Positions 16,794 to 25,492 of a stretch of 58,705 bases of DNA are shown here, in pieces. Source of the DNA: an uncultured Verrucomicrobiota bacterium (GTDB lineage: Bacteria; Verrucomicrobiota; Kiritimatiellia; CAIVKH01); contig CAYTVN010000001.1 of assembly GCA_964441655.1 (NCBI GenBank), forward strand, positions 1-58,705. Reading direction: 5' to 3'. The notes beneath the pieces are model-generated. The model made no database searches. It was given only the letters and a program-made list of their open reading frames with translations, and was not told the origin of the DNA. Each line of letters begins with the position of its first letter. The stretch's first letter is position 1. Made by a program: the position numbers and the translations under genes.

Positions 16794-17387
16794 TCACGGT
16801 TTGGCCGAGTGGTCAAGCTGGCGGATGCCGTCGAGGACATATTGCACGCCGGCCAGCGCGGTGAAGAAGGCGGCCCCGCCCACCAGCCATAGAAAGTGTT
16901 GAGCGGGCGCCTGCATGAGGACCCAGATGATCAGCAGCATTTGCAGCACGGTGGCGATTTTTCCGGTGATGCGCGGCTGTACGACGACGGTGGTGGCGAA
17001 GTGGTGAACGATGCTGTAGCCCATGACCAGAATGACATCGCGACTGATGACCAGGGCCGTGAACCACACGGGAATATGCGGCTCCAACTGCGGCAGATTG
17101 GGCCGGGTCAGCAGAATGAGGGCGGACAACAACAAGGTCTTGTCGGCCAGCGGATCAAGAAAACGGCCCAGCCGGGTGATCTCGTTGCGCGAGCGCGCGA
17201 GGTAGCCATCCAGCGCATCCGTGGCCGCCACCGCGATGAAGAGCCCCAGGGCCAGGCGGCGGTACAGCTCGACCTGCGTGCCCGCGGCCAATCCCAGGGT
17301 GTAATACAGCAGCAACACAATAAACACCGGCACGCCCATCAGGCGGATGAGGGTGACCTTGGTCGCCAGTGTAAGTCCGGTGGTCAT
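16794..17387 (-). CDS. pgsA: CDP-diacylglycerol--glycerol-3-phosphate 3-phosphatidyltransferase
   Basis: CDP-alcohol phosphatidyltransferase motif DALDGYLARSRNEITRLGRFLDPLADK. Start at MTTGLTLATKVTLIRL. Confidence 0.85.
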   Translation of the reverse strand: MTTGLTLATKVTLIRLMGVPVFIVLLLYYTLGLAAGTQVELYRRLALGLFIAVAATDALDGYLARSRNEITRLGRFLDPLADKTLLLSALILLTRPNLPQLEPHIPVWFTALVISRDVILVMGYSIVHHFATTVVVQPRITGKIATVLQMLLIIWVLMQAPAQHFLWLVGGAAFFTALAGVQYVLDGIRQLDHSAKP

Positions 17388-17408
17388 GCTTATCAGCTTA
17401 CCCAAAAG

Positions 17409-17423
17409 TTCCAACGATTGGAA
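17409..17423. repeat. TTCCAACGATTGGAA inverted-repeat motif (copy 1), followed by GTGCGGGCCCGCC
   Basis: Seen directly, with the same 15-mer at 20888-20902 and a variant at 20941-20953. Located between the permease stop (17440) and the pgsA start (17387). Confidence 0.6.
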
Positions 17424-17439
17424 AAAGTGCGGGCCCGCC

Positions 17440-19521
17440 CTACCGGTGGTCGAAATACGAACCGTAGCGATCGGATTTGCGCAAGGCTTCAACCAGCGCG
17501 GGGTCAAGCTCGCCCATCCAACCCTTCTTCTGCACCACCCGCAGCAAGTCGGGGTGCCGCTTCACGTAGGACAAAACCAGCGCCTTGTTTTCATCGTTAG
17601 CCAGCTGGTCGATAGCCTGCACCAGGTAGAAGGACATTCGAGGATACTCGCGCAGCCCCTTGAGCAGCTCCTCGATATTTTCCGGGCCCACCCGGACCAG
17701 CACCGCCACCTGCGGGTCGTCGCCACGCCAATGACGCTGGCGCCGTGAAAGTTGGTAGACCTGTTTGACCAGCTCGTGCGCCTGCTCGCGGGAGGGCGAC
17801 GCGACGATGTCCAGCGCGGCCAGCGCATTGGTGTCCACGTGCCCCGTTTCGGTGGTTTCGTATTTCTCATCCAACTGGAACGGCTTCTCGCGCAGGTTGG
17901 CCCGGAAGGATCCGGCTTCGCGGACCCCAATCCACCACACCTCGGCATCGCTCAGCCAGTCCTCAATGGCTTCCTTGGATTTGAATACATCTGCATCGTT
18001 TTCCTTGAGCAGGAAGCTCAGGCGCGGCGTGCTGACGACCAGCCGCTGGCTGCCGCGGAATGGATTAAAATCAAAATCGAAATCGCGCTCGGGCAGGTAG
18101 GCCTCGCCCAGGCGCCGGTTGACCAACGCATAGACATCACGCGGATTAAACTGCGGCATCCTGATGTTCCCGCCGCCCTGACGCTTGAAGGTCAGGTTGA
18201 GGCTCCGCTGGCCCAGCACGACCGTGCAACCACCATCGTTTTTCAACACATCACTGATGGTCAGGGCGGTGGTCCCGGACTCGGCCTCCTCGCCGGCGCG
18301 CAAGGGCAGCCGGGCCAGCACGTCATAGCGCTGCAGGCGCATGACCAGCTCTGCGGTCAATTCCGCCTGGTCGTAGCGGCGCTGGTCGTAGAGGTCGGCA
18401 GGCAGGCGCAAAAGCGTTCCGCTGCGGGTGTACGTGGTTCGTCCCTCCGCCACCAGAACGGCCGGGTTCAGCACGTCGGCCAGGGCCGCCGAGTCGGCGC
18501 TTTGGTTAAAATCCATTTCGTCGTGCCGCGATATAAAATTCGTGGTCTGACCGTCGGAAAATACCAGCCGGGTATTTGTTTTTTTGAGTGAAACAAAATG
18601 GCCGGGCGGTACAGGGTCACAGGCGATTACGGCATTGATCTCTTTCTGGCGGGTCTGCCCGGGCCGGAGGGCAGAGGTGTCGGACGCATGCCGACTTTCG
18701 ATATGCGCCGTCGCGCCCTCCAGGGCGGCCGCTTCCGGCGTGGCTGCCGCGGGCACGTCCATGAAATCCCACTTCCACAGCTGGGAAACCGCCACGCTGG
18801 CCAGCCCGCACACCACCAGCAGCAACACCGTTCTCCGCGTACGGCGGGTCCGGTACTGGTGTACGATGGCGCCACCCGCCAGCAGCAGGGTCAACCCGCC
18901 CACCACCAGGCCGCGCGAAACCTGAAGACTGGGTTGCGACATGGCCGCCATCATGCCATCCATGTCGGTGAACATGCGCGCCATCTGCCACAGAAACGAC
19001 ACCACCATGAGGCCCACGTACAGGGAAACACCCGTCACCGCATAGCGCGCGAAGCTGGAGGTGACCACGGCCAGGGCCACCACCGGCACCAGGCCAACCA
19101 CGGCATCCCACACCAGTTCGGGCAGGGCGAGAGCCAGGTCGCCCGGGGCCACGCGGTAGTAGGCCAGGGTGGCAAACTCGGCCAGCACGGGCGGCAGGAT
19201 GATCAACAGGACCAGAAAGCGGGCTTTGCTGGCCAGCAGGTCCATGCGCCCGATGGGCCGGGTAAACCAGAATGCGGTATGGCCGGTCAGCGGTTCATCC
19301 TGGATCAGCAGGGGAACCAGCACGATGAGCAACACCCACTTCAGCAGGGGCACCAGCATGCCCAGGATGCTCATGGCCACCTGCAGCACGGCATCGTTGT
19401 GCCAGGCCGCCACCCCGGTGGCCAGCAGCGCGGTCTGCAGGAGAACCAGCACGAACCAGGCGCCCAGCAACCAGCGCAGGTGGCGCACGTCTTTGCGGAA
19501 AATATGGGATACGATGTTCAT
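17440..19521 (-). CDS. ABC-2-like membrane permease with ~430-aa C-terminal extracytoplasmic domain
   Basis: About six predicted TM helices in the first ~260 aa, followed by a long soluble domain. Directly downstream of the ABC ATPase. ATG 19521 has GGAG 7 nt upstream. Confidence 0.6.
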   Translation of the reverse strand: MNIVSHIFRKDVRHLRWLLGAWFVLVLLQTALLATGVAAWHNDAVLQVAMSILGMLVPLLKWVLLIVLVPLLIQDEPLTGHTAFWFTRPIGRMDLLASKARFLVLLIILPPVLAEFATLAYYRVAPGDLALALPELVWDAVVGLVPVVALAVVTSSFARYAVTGVSLYVGLMVVSFLWQMARMFTDMDGMMAAMSQPSLQVSRGLVVGGLTLLLAGGAIVHQYRTRRTRRTVLLLVVCGLASVAVSQLWKWDFMDVPAAATPEAAALEGATAHIESRHASDTSALRPGQTRQKEINAVIACDPVPPGHFVSLKKTNTRLVFSDGQTTNFISRHDEMDFNQSADSAALADVLNPAVLVAEGRTTYTRSGTLLRLPADLYDQRRYDQAELTAELVMRLQRYDVLARLPLRAGEEAESGTTALTISDVLKNDGGCTVVLGQRSLNLTFKRQGGGNIRMPQFNPRDVYALVNRRLGEAYLPERDFDFDFNPFRGSQRLVVSTPRLSFLLKENDADVFKSKEAIEDWLSDAEVWWIGVREAGSFRANLREKPFQLDEKYETTETGHVDTNALAALDIVASPSREQAHELVKQVYQLSRRQRHWRGDDPQVAVLVRVGPENIEELLKGLREYPRMSFYLVQAIDQLANDENKALVLSYVKRHPDLLRVVQKKGWMGELDPALVEALRKSDRYGSYFDHR

Positions 19522-19532
19522 GGTCGTCTCCT

Positions 19533-20438
19533 TCACCGCCCCAGCCGGTAGGTGCGGGCCAGGGCCAGGAAAATATCGCGCAGGGACAACGGGACCACCC
19601 GGTCCAACCGACCGCCCGGAAAGCAGCGCGCCACTTCCGCGGACAGGGTCGCCTCGTCATACCGGCTCTCCACCCAGCGCACCACCCGCCCGTTTTTCTC
19701 CGGCACCAGCCAACCCTCCGGCAGGCCACCCGGCAGCGGACCGTCCGCAGCGGCGGTCATCTCCACCTGACGAAAGCGCGTCTGCAGGGAGGCGGTGGAT
19801 TCCGACAGTTTCAGCTCGCCCTCGTTGATGATGCCCACCCAGTCGGCCAGCCGCTCTACCTCGTCAATGTCATGGGACGACACAAACACCGTCCAGTTGC
19901 TTTCGTCCGTCAGCTCCAGCACACCGCGAATGAATTCGTCGCGCACCAGGGGATCCAGCCCGCTGAACGGCTCATCCAGAACCAGCAACTCCGGCTTGTA
20001 GGCCAGCGACGTGAGCAGGGCGGCCTTGACCTTCATGCCGCGCGATAGCTGGCCCAGCTTGCGATCCAGAGGCAGGTCGAACTGCTGCAGCAGCCGCTGC
20101 GCGAACGCTTCGTCCCAGCCCGGATAGAGGGGCCGACAGTAATTGATGAACTGCTGTACCGTCATCCAGTCCGGCATCTTCTGGTTCTCGGACACGTAAC
20201 CGATGCGGGTGAATTCCGCGCGACTCAACGTCCGGCTGTCCTGGCCCAACACCTCGGCCTGACCGCCGCTGGGCTCCAGAATATTCATCAGCATCTTGAT
20301 GGTGGTGGTCTTGCCGGCGCCGTTGGGTCCCAGGAAGGCGTAGATGCTGCCCGCGGGCACCTCAATGGTCAGATTGCGCACCGCCTCCTTGCGGCCGAAG
20401 CGGCGGGAAAGCTGGCGGGTTTGGATCACAGCATTCAT
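19533..20438 (-). CDS. ABC transporter ATP-binding protein
   Basis: GPNGAGKTTT Walker A, LSRGMKVKAAL signature-like, LLVLDEPFSGLD Walker B. ATGA overlap with the upstream GntR gene. Confidence 0.9.
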   Translation of the reverse strand: MNAVIQTRQLSRRFGRKEAVRNLTIEVPAGSIYAFLGPNGAGKTTTIKMLMNILEPSGGQAEVLGQDSRTLSRAEFTRIGYVSENQKMPDWMTVQQFINYCRPLYPGWDEAFAQRLLQQFDLPLDRKLGQLSRGMKVKAALLTSLAYKPELLVLDEPFSGLDPLVRDEFIRGVLELTDESNWTVFVSSHDIDEVERLADWVGIINEGELKLSESTASLQTRFRQVEMTAAADGPLPGGLPEGWLVPEKNGRVVRWVESRYDEATLSAEVARCFPGGRLDRVVPLSLRDIFLALARTYRLGR

Positions 20439-20824
20439 CGCGTCTCCTTGCTCAGGCGCGCCCAGTGGTCACGCACCGCTTCCACCACTTCCTCGGGTTG
20501 CAGGCGCAGGCGCATGGCCTCCACCACCAACTGCTCAGCTTGCTCTTTCAGCAATTGCACGCGCTGGCGACGATCCAGCTCAGGCGCACGCGCCACCACC
20601 GTCCCCACCCCGGGCCGCACCTCCAGAAGATTTTTCTCCTTCAAGGCGCTGATCACTTTTTGGGCCGTGTTGGGATTGATGCGCAACTCCTGGCTCAAGG
20701 TCCGAACGGAGGGAAAGGGATCGCCCGGCTGCAACTGGCCGCTGACCAGGGCGCGCACCGCCGCATACACAACCTGCGCATAGGCGGGCTCACCGGCCTT
20801 GAAACTGACGCTGAAGGGCAGCAC
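20435..20824 (-). CDS. GntR-family (YtrA-subfamily) transcriptional regulator
   Basis: Winged-HTH sequence PGDPFPSVRTLSQELRINPNTAQKVISALKEKNLLEVRPGVGTVV with a short C-terminal helical tail. Classic YtrA + ABC context. Confidence 0.85.
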   Translation of the reverse strand: MLPFSVSFKAGEPAYAQVVYAAVRALVSGQLQPGDPFPSVRTLSQELRINPNTAQKVISALKEKNLLEVRPGVGTVVARAPELDRRQRVQLLKEQAEQLVVEAMRLRLQPEEVVEAVRDHWARLSKETR

Positions 20825-20887
20825 GGTGTACTATGTGACATAGTACGCGCGTTTCGTCAAGCGAACCGGTGGCCCGGCCGCAAAAAG

Positions 20888-20967
20888 TTCCAACGATTGG
20901 AAATTCGGCATTTCGGGATTTCCCTCCTTCGGCGGGCAAGCCAACGATTGGGAAAATGCGGCCCGCC
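20888..20967. repeat. Two further copies of the CCAACGATTGG motif in the divergent intergenic region
   Basis: TTCCAACGATTGGAA at 20888-20902. GCCAACGATTGGGAAAATGCGGCCCGCC at 20940-20967, which resembles copy 1 plus its GC-rich tail. Confidence 0.6.
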
Positions 20968-21021
20968 ATGAGCCTGGCATTGAACGTGGCGCGGGTTGTG
21001 GCAGTCTGATGGACGTACCGC

Positions 21022-22050
21022 ATGTCCCGCTCCCTATCCAAACACGGACTGACCGCAGCTCGCATCGCCCTGGGCGTGGGCCTGCTGGCTTATCTTTTCA
21101 TCCACATGCAGTCGGATATGCAGGGATTGCGCGGCGCCTGCCAGGAAAGCCTGCGACACTGGCCGCTCTGGCTGGTCAGCCTGCTCTTCACCTTCCTGGG
21201 CCTGCTGGTGGGCGCCCTGCGCTGGTACACCATCCTGCACGCAGCCCGGCTGCCCCTGCCCTGGCCCAAGGTGTTCAGCATCTTTTTTATCGGCCAGTTC
21301 TTCAATTCGTTCATGCTGGGCGCCTGTGGCGGCGACCTGGCCCGCGCCTACTACGTGGCCCGCGCCTGCCCCGGCAAACGGGCGGAGGCCGCCACCACCG
21401 CGCTGCTGGATCGCGCGGTCGGATTGCTGGTGCTGGTGGTGTTCAGCTCGGCCGTCATCGTCTACCGCTTCCATCTTTTTTTCGACACCATCGGCAACCG
21501 CTGGATGGGCTACGTGATGATTTCCTTCCTGGGCGGATCGGTGGCCCTGCTCACCCTGCTGCTGCGCAAAAACCTGTTTGAACACTGGCCGCTCTTCGCC
21601 CGCTGGGAACAGCAGACCCGCCTGGGCGCCACCTTCCGCCGCATCTACGATGCGCTCTTCCTGTTCCACCGCCAGCCACGCGTCCTCGCCGGTGCCGTAA
21701 TCCTGTCCTTCCTCAACATGGGCCTGCTCACCCTGGCCTGCATGTATATCGGGCTCAGCCTGGGCATCGAGTTGCGGGTGCGCGATTATTTCACCGTGTT
21801 CCCCGTCATCACCGTGCTGTCGTCCCTGCCCCTGACCCCCGGCGGACTGGGCGTGCGCGAGGGCCTGTTCGTGGAGCTACTGAATACCCTGGGCGTTGCC
21901 GCGAGCAAGGCGCTGCCGTTGTCCCTGATGACCTACCTGGGCGGCCTGATCTGGAGCCTGCTGGGTGGCCTGATCTTCCTGGGCTACTCGTCCTCCAACG
22001 GACAGTCCTTCAAGGACACGATCGATGCGATGAAGGACGACCCCGCGTAG
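21022..22050 (+). CDS. Lysylphosphatidylglycerol-synthase-TM-region / flippase-like membrane protein (UPF0104)
   Basis: Polytopic membrane protein with RWYTILHAARLPLPWPKVFSIFFIGQFFNSFMLGACGGDLARAYYVAR and LPLTPGGLGVREG motifs. Confidence 0.7.
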   Translation: MSRSLSKHGLTAARIALGVGLLAYLFIHMQSDMQGLRGACQESLRHWPLWLVSLLFTFLGLLVGALRWYTILHAARLPLPWPKVFSIFFIGQFFNSFMLGACGGDLARAYYVARACPGKRAEAATTALLDRAVGLLVLVVFSSAVIVYRFHLFFDTIGNRWMGYVMISFLGGSVALLTLLLRKNLFEHWPLFARWEQQTRLGATFRRIYDALFLFHRQPRVLAGAVILSFLNMGLLTLACMYIGLSLGIELRVRDYFTVFPVITVLSSLPLTPGGLGVREGLFVELLNTLGVAASKALPLSLMTYLGGLIWSLLGGLIFLGYSSSNGQSFKDTIDAMKDDPA

Positions 22051-22149
22051 CGAAGGTCGTCCGGCGACCACCCCGGGAGGGAACGCATCCGCTTCGGTGC
22101 GGTCCACGCGTGAACAGAACCGCGGACGGCACGTCGCGCAAGCGCGCCG

Positions 22150-23022
22150 ATGCCATCCCTCCCTCGCCTCCATCACGTCGGACTTGGGTTGACCTCGACA
22201 CGCGCGGCGAACCGATTATGCTCGCCGGCACTGCATATGAGCACCACCGCATCACCCGCCGATCTGACCCGCGCCCTGCGCGCGCTGCGCAAACACCTGG
22301 AATATCTGAAAGAGGAAGGCGTGACCGAAGTGGAGGTCAACCGCGCCACCCTGAACGCGCTGAAGCTGCGCGCCAAAACCATGGCCGCCCGCCCGCCCGC
22401 GGTGCGTACGCCACTGGTCGCCCCAAAAACAGGACCCGCCGACCCGGTGTCCGCGGGACTGGCCGCCATCGCGGATGAAGTGGCGGCCTGCCGGGCCTGC
22501 CGGCTGTGCGAGAAGCGCACCAACGTCGTGCCCGGCCAGGGGCACAAGCATCCGGAGATCATGTTCATCGGCGAAGGTCCGGGCGCAGACGAAGACGAGC
22601 AGGGCCTGGCTTTTGTGGGACGCGCCGGACAGTTGCTGACCCAGATCATTGAGGCCATGGGCTTCACGCGCGACCAGGTGTTCATCGGTAACGTGGTGAA
22701 ATGCCGCCCGCCCGACAACCGCAAACCGGAGCCTGACGAGATGGCGGCCTGCCTGCCTTTCCTGGAGCGCCAGATCGCTCTCCTCAAGCCAACCCTCATC
22801 GTGACCCTGGGGGCCACGGCCTACACCGGCCTGTTCAAGGTCGAGGAAGTCGCCATCACCCGCGAACGCGGAAAATGGATGAGCTTCAAGGGCATCCCCG
22901 TCATGCCCACCCTGCACCCCTCCTACCTGCTGCGCAATCCGGCCAACGCCAAACGCGACGTATGGAACGACATGAAAGCCGTGCTCGCGAAATTGGGCCG
23001 CCCCGTTCCCGCGCGCGGGTGA
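22150..23022 (+). CDS. Uracil-DNA glycosylase, family 4
   Basis: CRACRLCE, IMFIGEGPGADEDEQGLAFVGRAGQLL, NVVKCRPPDNRKP, PTLHPSYLLRNP. The start may be ATG 22237 (MSTTASP). Confidence 0.85.
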   Translation: MPSLPRLHHVGLGLTSTRAANRLCSPALHMSTTASPADLTRALRALRKHLEYLKEEGVTEVEVNRATLNALKLRAKTMAARPPAVRTPLVAPKTGPADPVSAGLAAIADEVAACRACRLCEKRTNVVPGQGHKHPEIMFIGEGPGADEDEQGLAFVGRAGQLLTQIIEAMGFTRDQVFIGNVVKCRPPDNRKPEPDEMAACLPFLERQIALLKPTLIVTLGATAYTGLFKVEEVAITRERGKWMSFKGIPVMPTLHPSYLLRNPANAKRDVWNDMKAVLAKLGRPVPARG

Positions 23023-23079
23023 GGTTCCGGTCGGTTCGGGGTCGAGGTCGGTAAGCGCCTAGCTAACTTTTCTTGTTAT

Positions 23080-23150
23080 TCTCGCCAAGTCGCCAAGAAC
23101 GCCAAGTGTTTTGGTGGGGGTTGGCACCCAAACTCTGCGACTTTGCGAGA
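23080..23150. repeat. TCTCGCCAAG-type inverted repeat
   Basis: Left arm TCTCGCCAAGTCGCCAAGAACGCCAAG (23080-23106), right arm CTGCGACTTTGCGAGA (23135-23150). Same family as 48324-48401. Lies between convergent genes. Confidence 0.6.
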
Positions 23151-23217
23151 TGAAAAATACCGGCTGCAGATCAATTTAATCTGCTCTAAACGTTTCCGCT
23201 ATCTAGCTGGAACTTGA

Positions 23218-23862
23218 TCAACCCCGCTTGGACGCGGCCTTCACCTTGCTGGTCAGGTCGCGGCCCAGGATGTGCTGGAGTTTGACCAGCAGGGCGGGAT
23301 TCAACTGTTGCAGGGCGCGCACCTTGTCCTGGGGCCAGGCCATGTATTCCACGCGACCCGCGGCCACCACGTCAGCGGAAGCGGGCTCGCCGGAAATGAA
23401 ACTCATCTCGCCGACAAACTGGCCGCGTTGCAGCCGGGCCAGTTCCTGTCCATCCTTGCGCACCACCACCTCGCCGCTGAGCACCAGGACCAGGTCGCGC
23501 TGCGCCTCACCCGCACGCACCAGCTGGGTGCCATCGCTCACGGAGGGATTCCCCATTTCCCACAGGAACAGAAATTCGCGGCGGCTCATGGAGAGAAAGA
23601 GCTGCTTGTAGATCTGTTCCTGGTCGCGGGCCAGATGGATGGGACGGCGCTCCGACAGCAGGCGCACGGTGCGGGCCATATTAATACCCACAAAAATGAA
23701 GTTCCAGGCGGCGATAAAATGATCGTTCTGAAAAAGACCGTAAGCGCCGAGCGCGCTCTGGGAAATGATCAGGATCAGCCGCAACCACAGAATGTCGCGC
23801 ATCAGCAGCGCGCACAGCATCAGGAGGTAGCCGACGTTGACGAGAATCAGGTTGAGGGTCAT
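23218..23862 (-). CDS. Membrane protein with C-terminal cyclic-nucleotide-binding domain
   Basis: Start at MTLNLILVNVGYLLML (ATG 23862, 1 nt after the pdxB stop). Two or three TM helices followed by a cNMP-binding-like region (LVLVLSGEVVVRKDG...FVGEMSFISGEPASADVVA). Confidence 0.7.
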   Translation of the reverse strand: MTLNLILVNVGYLLMLCALLMRDILWLRLILIISQSALGAYGLFQNDHFIAAWNFIFVGINMARTVRLLSERRPIHLARDQEQIYKQLFLSMSRREFLFLWEMGNPSVSDGTQLVRAGEAQRDLVLVLSGEVVVRKDGQELARLQRGQFVGEMSFISGEPASADVVAAGRVEYMAWPQDKVRALQQLNPALLVKLQHILGRDLTSKVKAASKRG

Positions 23863-23863
23863 A

Positions 23864-25018
23864 TCAGGTGTATCCCGCAGTTTGGAAGCCCAGGGCGCGC
23901 ACGCGTTCGCGCAGGGCATCATCCGCTCCCCGTAGCGCCACCGGCCAGGCGCCGAATTCATAGCGGTTGGGATACTGCCCGCGCAACTTCTGGAAATGGC
24001 GGCCGCGCTCGACGTCATCCTCCACCAGGCCGGACCGCAGGGCGGCATCATCGGCCTCGATGTCGTAGGCCACCCGCACCACGGCGTCCAGCACCTCCTC
24101 GGCGCGCCGTCCACGGGCATCCACCTGGATGGCGGGGCAGGACGGACAATCCGCCGGCGCGGGACGCCAGCTGGCCTCGCGCTCAAAGAAGCGGCAGGCC
24201 GCCTCGTAGCACAGGTGGGTGCCGTTGACCCGGCCCTCGTAGGAGTACCCGGCGATGTGCGGCGAAATCAGATCGGCCTGCACCGCCACCTCGCACCGCA
24301 GGCGCGGCTCGCGCTCAAACACGTCCAGCACGGACCGCGACACCCAGCCCTGGCGCAGGGCCAGCAGCAGGGAATCCTCGTCCACCACCTCGCCACGCGA
24401 GGCATTCACAAACAGGCACCCGGGCTTGAGGGCGGACAGGAAACGGCAATCCACCAGATGCCGGGTGGCGTACGGCCCCTCCAGAGTCAACGGAACATGC
24501 AGGGACACGATGTCGGCCTGGGGCAGAATATCTTCCAGGGGCCGCAGCGGCTGGTCCGGTTCCAGCGCGGCCCGCGGCGGATCGTTGAGCAGGACCTGCA
24601 AACCCAGCGCGGGGGCCAGATCGGCCAGGCGCCGCCCCACATTGCCCACCCCGACCACGGCCAGCCGCTTGCCCTCCAGGCTGAAGTGATGCCGGACCGC
24701 CAGCCGCAGCAGGGCCGCCACCACATACTCCGCCACGCTGCGCGCGTTGGAACCGGGCGCCGCCGTCCAGGCCAGGCCTTGCTCCTCCAGCCAGGGAATA
24801 TCGAAGTGATCGGTGCCCGCGGTGGCCGTGCCCACGAAGCTGACCCGGCTGCCTTCCAGCAGTTCGCGGTTCACCCGCACCTTGGAGCGCACGATGAGGG
24901 CATCCGCGTCGCGCACCACATCGGCGGTGATGTCGCGTTCCGGGACCACGGTCACGTCCCCCAGCGTGGAAAATATTTCGCGTCCCAAGGCCAAACTGCT
25001 GGCGCAAATAATCTTCAT
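23864..25018 (-). CDS. pdxB: 4-phosphoerythronate dehydrogenase
   Basis: Collinear with my recollection of E. coli PdxB: MKIICA..., FVGTATAGTDHFD, VVGVGNVGRRL, HIAGYSYEG. Confidence 0.9.
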   Translation of the reverse strand: MKIICASSLALGREIFSTLGDVTVVPERDITADVVRDADALIVRSKVRVNRELLEGSRVSFVGTATAGTDHFDIPWLEEQGLAWTAAPGSNARSVAEYVVAALLRLAVRHHFSLEGKRLAVVGVGNVGRRLADLAPALGLQVLLNDPPRAALEPDQPLRPLEDILPQADIVSLHVPLTLEGPYATRHLVDCRFLSALKPGCLFVNASRGEVVDEDSLLLALRQGWVSRSVLDVFEREPRLRCEVAVQADLISPHIAGYSYEGRVNGTHLCYEAACRFFEREASWRPAPADCPSCPAIQVDARGRRAEEVLDAVVRVAYDIEADDAALRSGLVEDDVERGRHFQKLRGQYPNRYEFGAWPVALRGADDALRERVRALGFQTAGYT

Positions 25019-25032
25019 GAACAAAAAAAGGA

Positions 25033-25329
25033 TCAGTGCTCGCCGCGCTTGATGATGATTTTCCGCTGCGGGGTCGGCGGCAGTTTGAATTCCGTGGGGA
25101 CTTCAATGCGCATGGTGGCCCCCTTTTCCTCCGGGGGCTTGGGCGGGGCCGGGCGTAATTCGTTGCGCCGCGCCGCCGCCGCCGCCGCCTCGGGCGAGAC
25201 GGAACCGGGGGAGGCCGGCACCTTGATGATGGCATTGCAGGATGGACACTCGATGAACAACCCGGCCAGGTCGGGCGGGGCGTCGAGGTTCTGTCCACAC
25301 TTGGGGCAATCGAAGTTGATGTCGCTCAT
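25033..25329 (-). CDS. Small zinc-ribbon protein
   Basis: MSDINFDCPKCGQNL...IECPSCNAIIKVP (CxxC...CxxC) followed by a Pro/Ala-rich tail. Confidence 0.6.
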   Translation of the reverse strand: MSDINFDCPKCGQNLDAPPDLAGLFIECPSCNAIIKVPASPGSVSPEAAAAAARRNELRPAPPKPPEEKGATMRIEVPTEFKLPPTPQRKIIIKRGEH

Positions 25330-25492
25330 GGCTGGTTATGCTACACGCGTCTGGACGCGATCCTAGCGCAAGCTGGCCCGTCTGTGAACTGCGGATGCAC
25401 GCATTTGATGCATGGATTTTTTATGGCATAGCGCCCGCGGCTTGCCCATAATGGCTCCCTGTTTGGGCTCGAACCCGGCCCGCAGACCGAAT

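Noticed and set aside
23153-23184. Possible minus-strand terminator GCAGAT-N7-ATCTGC downstream of the cNMP-binding gene
   Set aside because: It has only a 6-bp AT-containing stem, and the T-run is separated from the stem by 7 nt. It is not convincing without transcript data.
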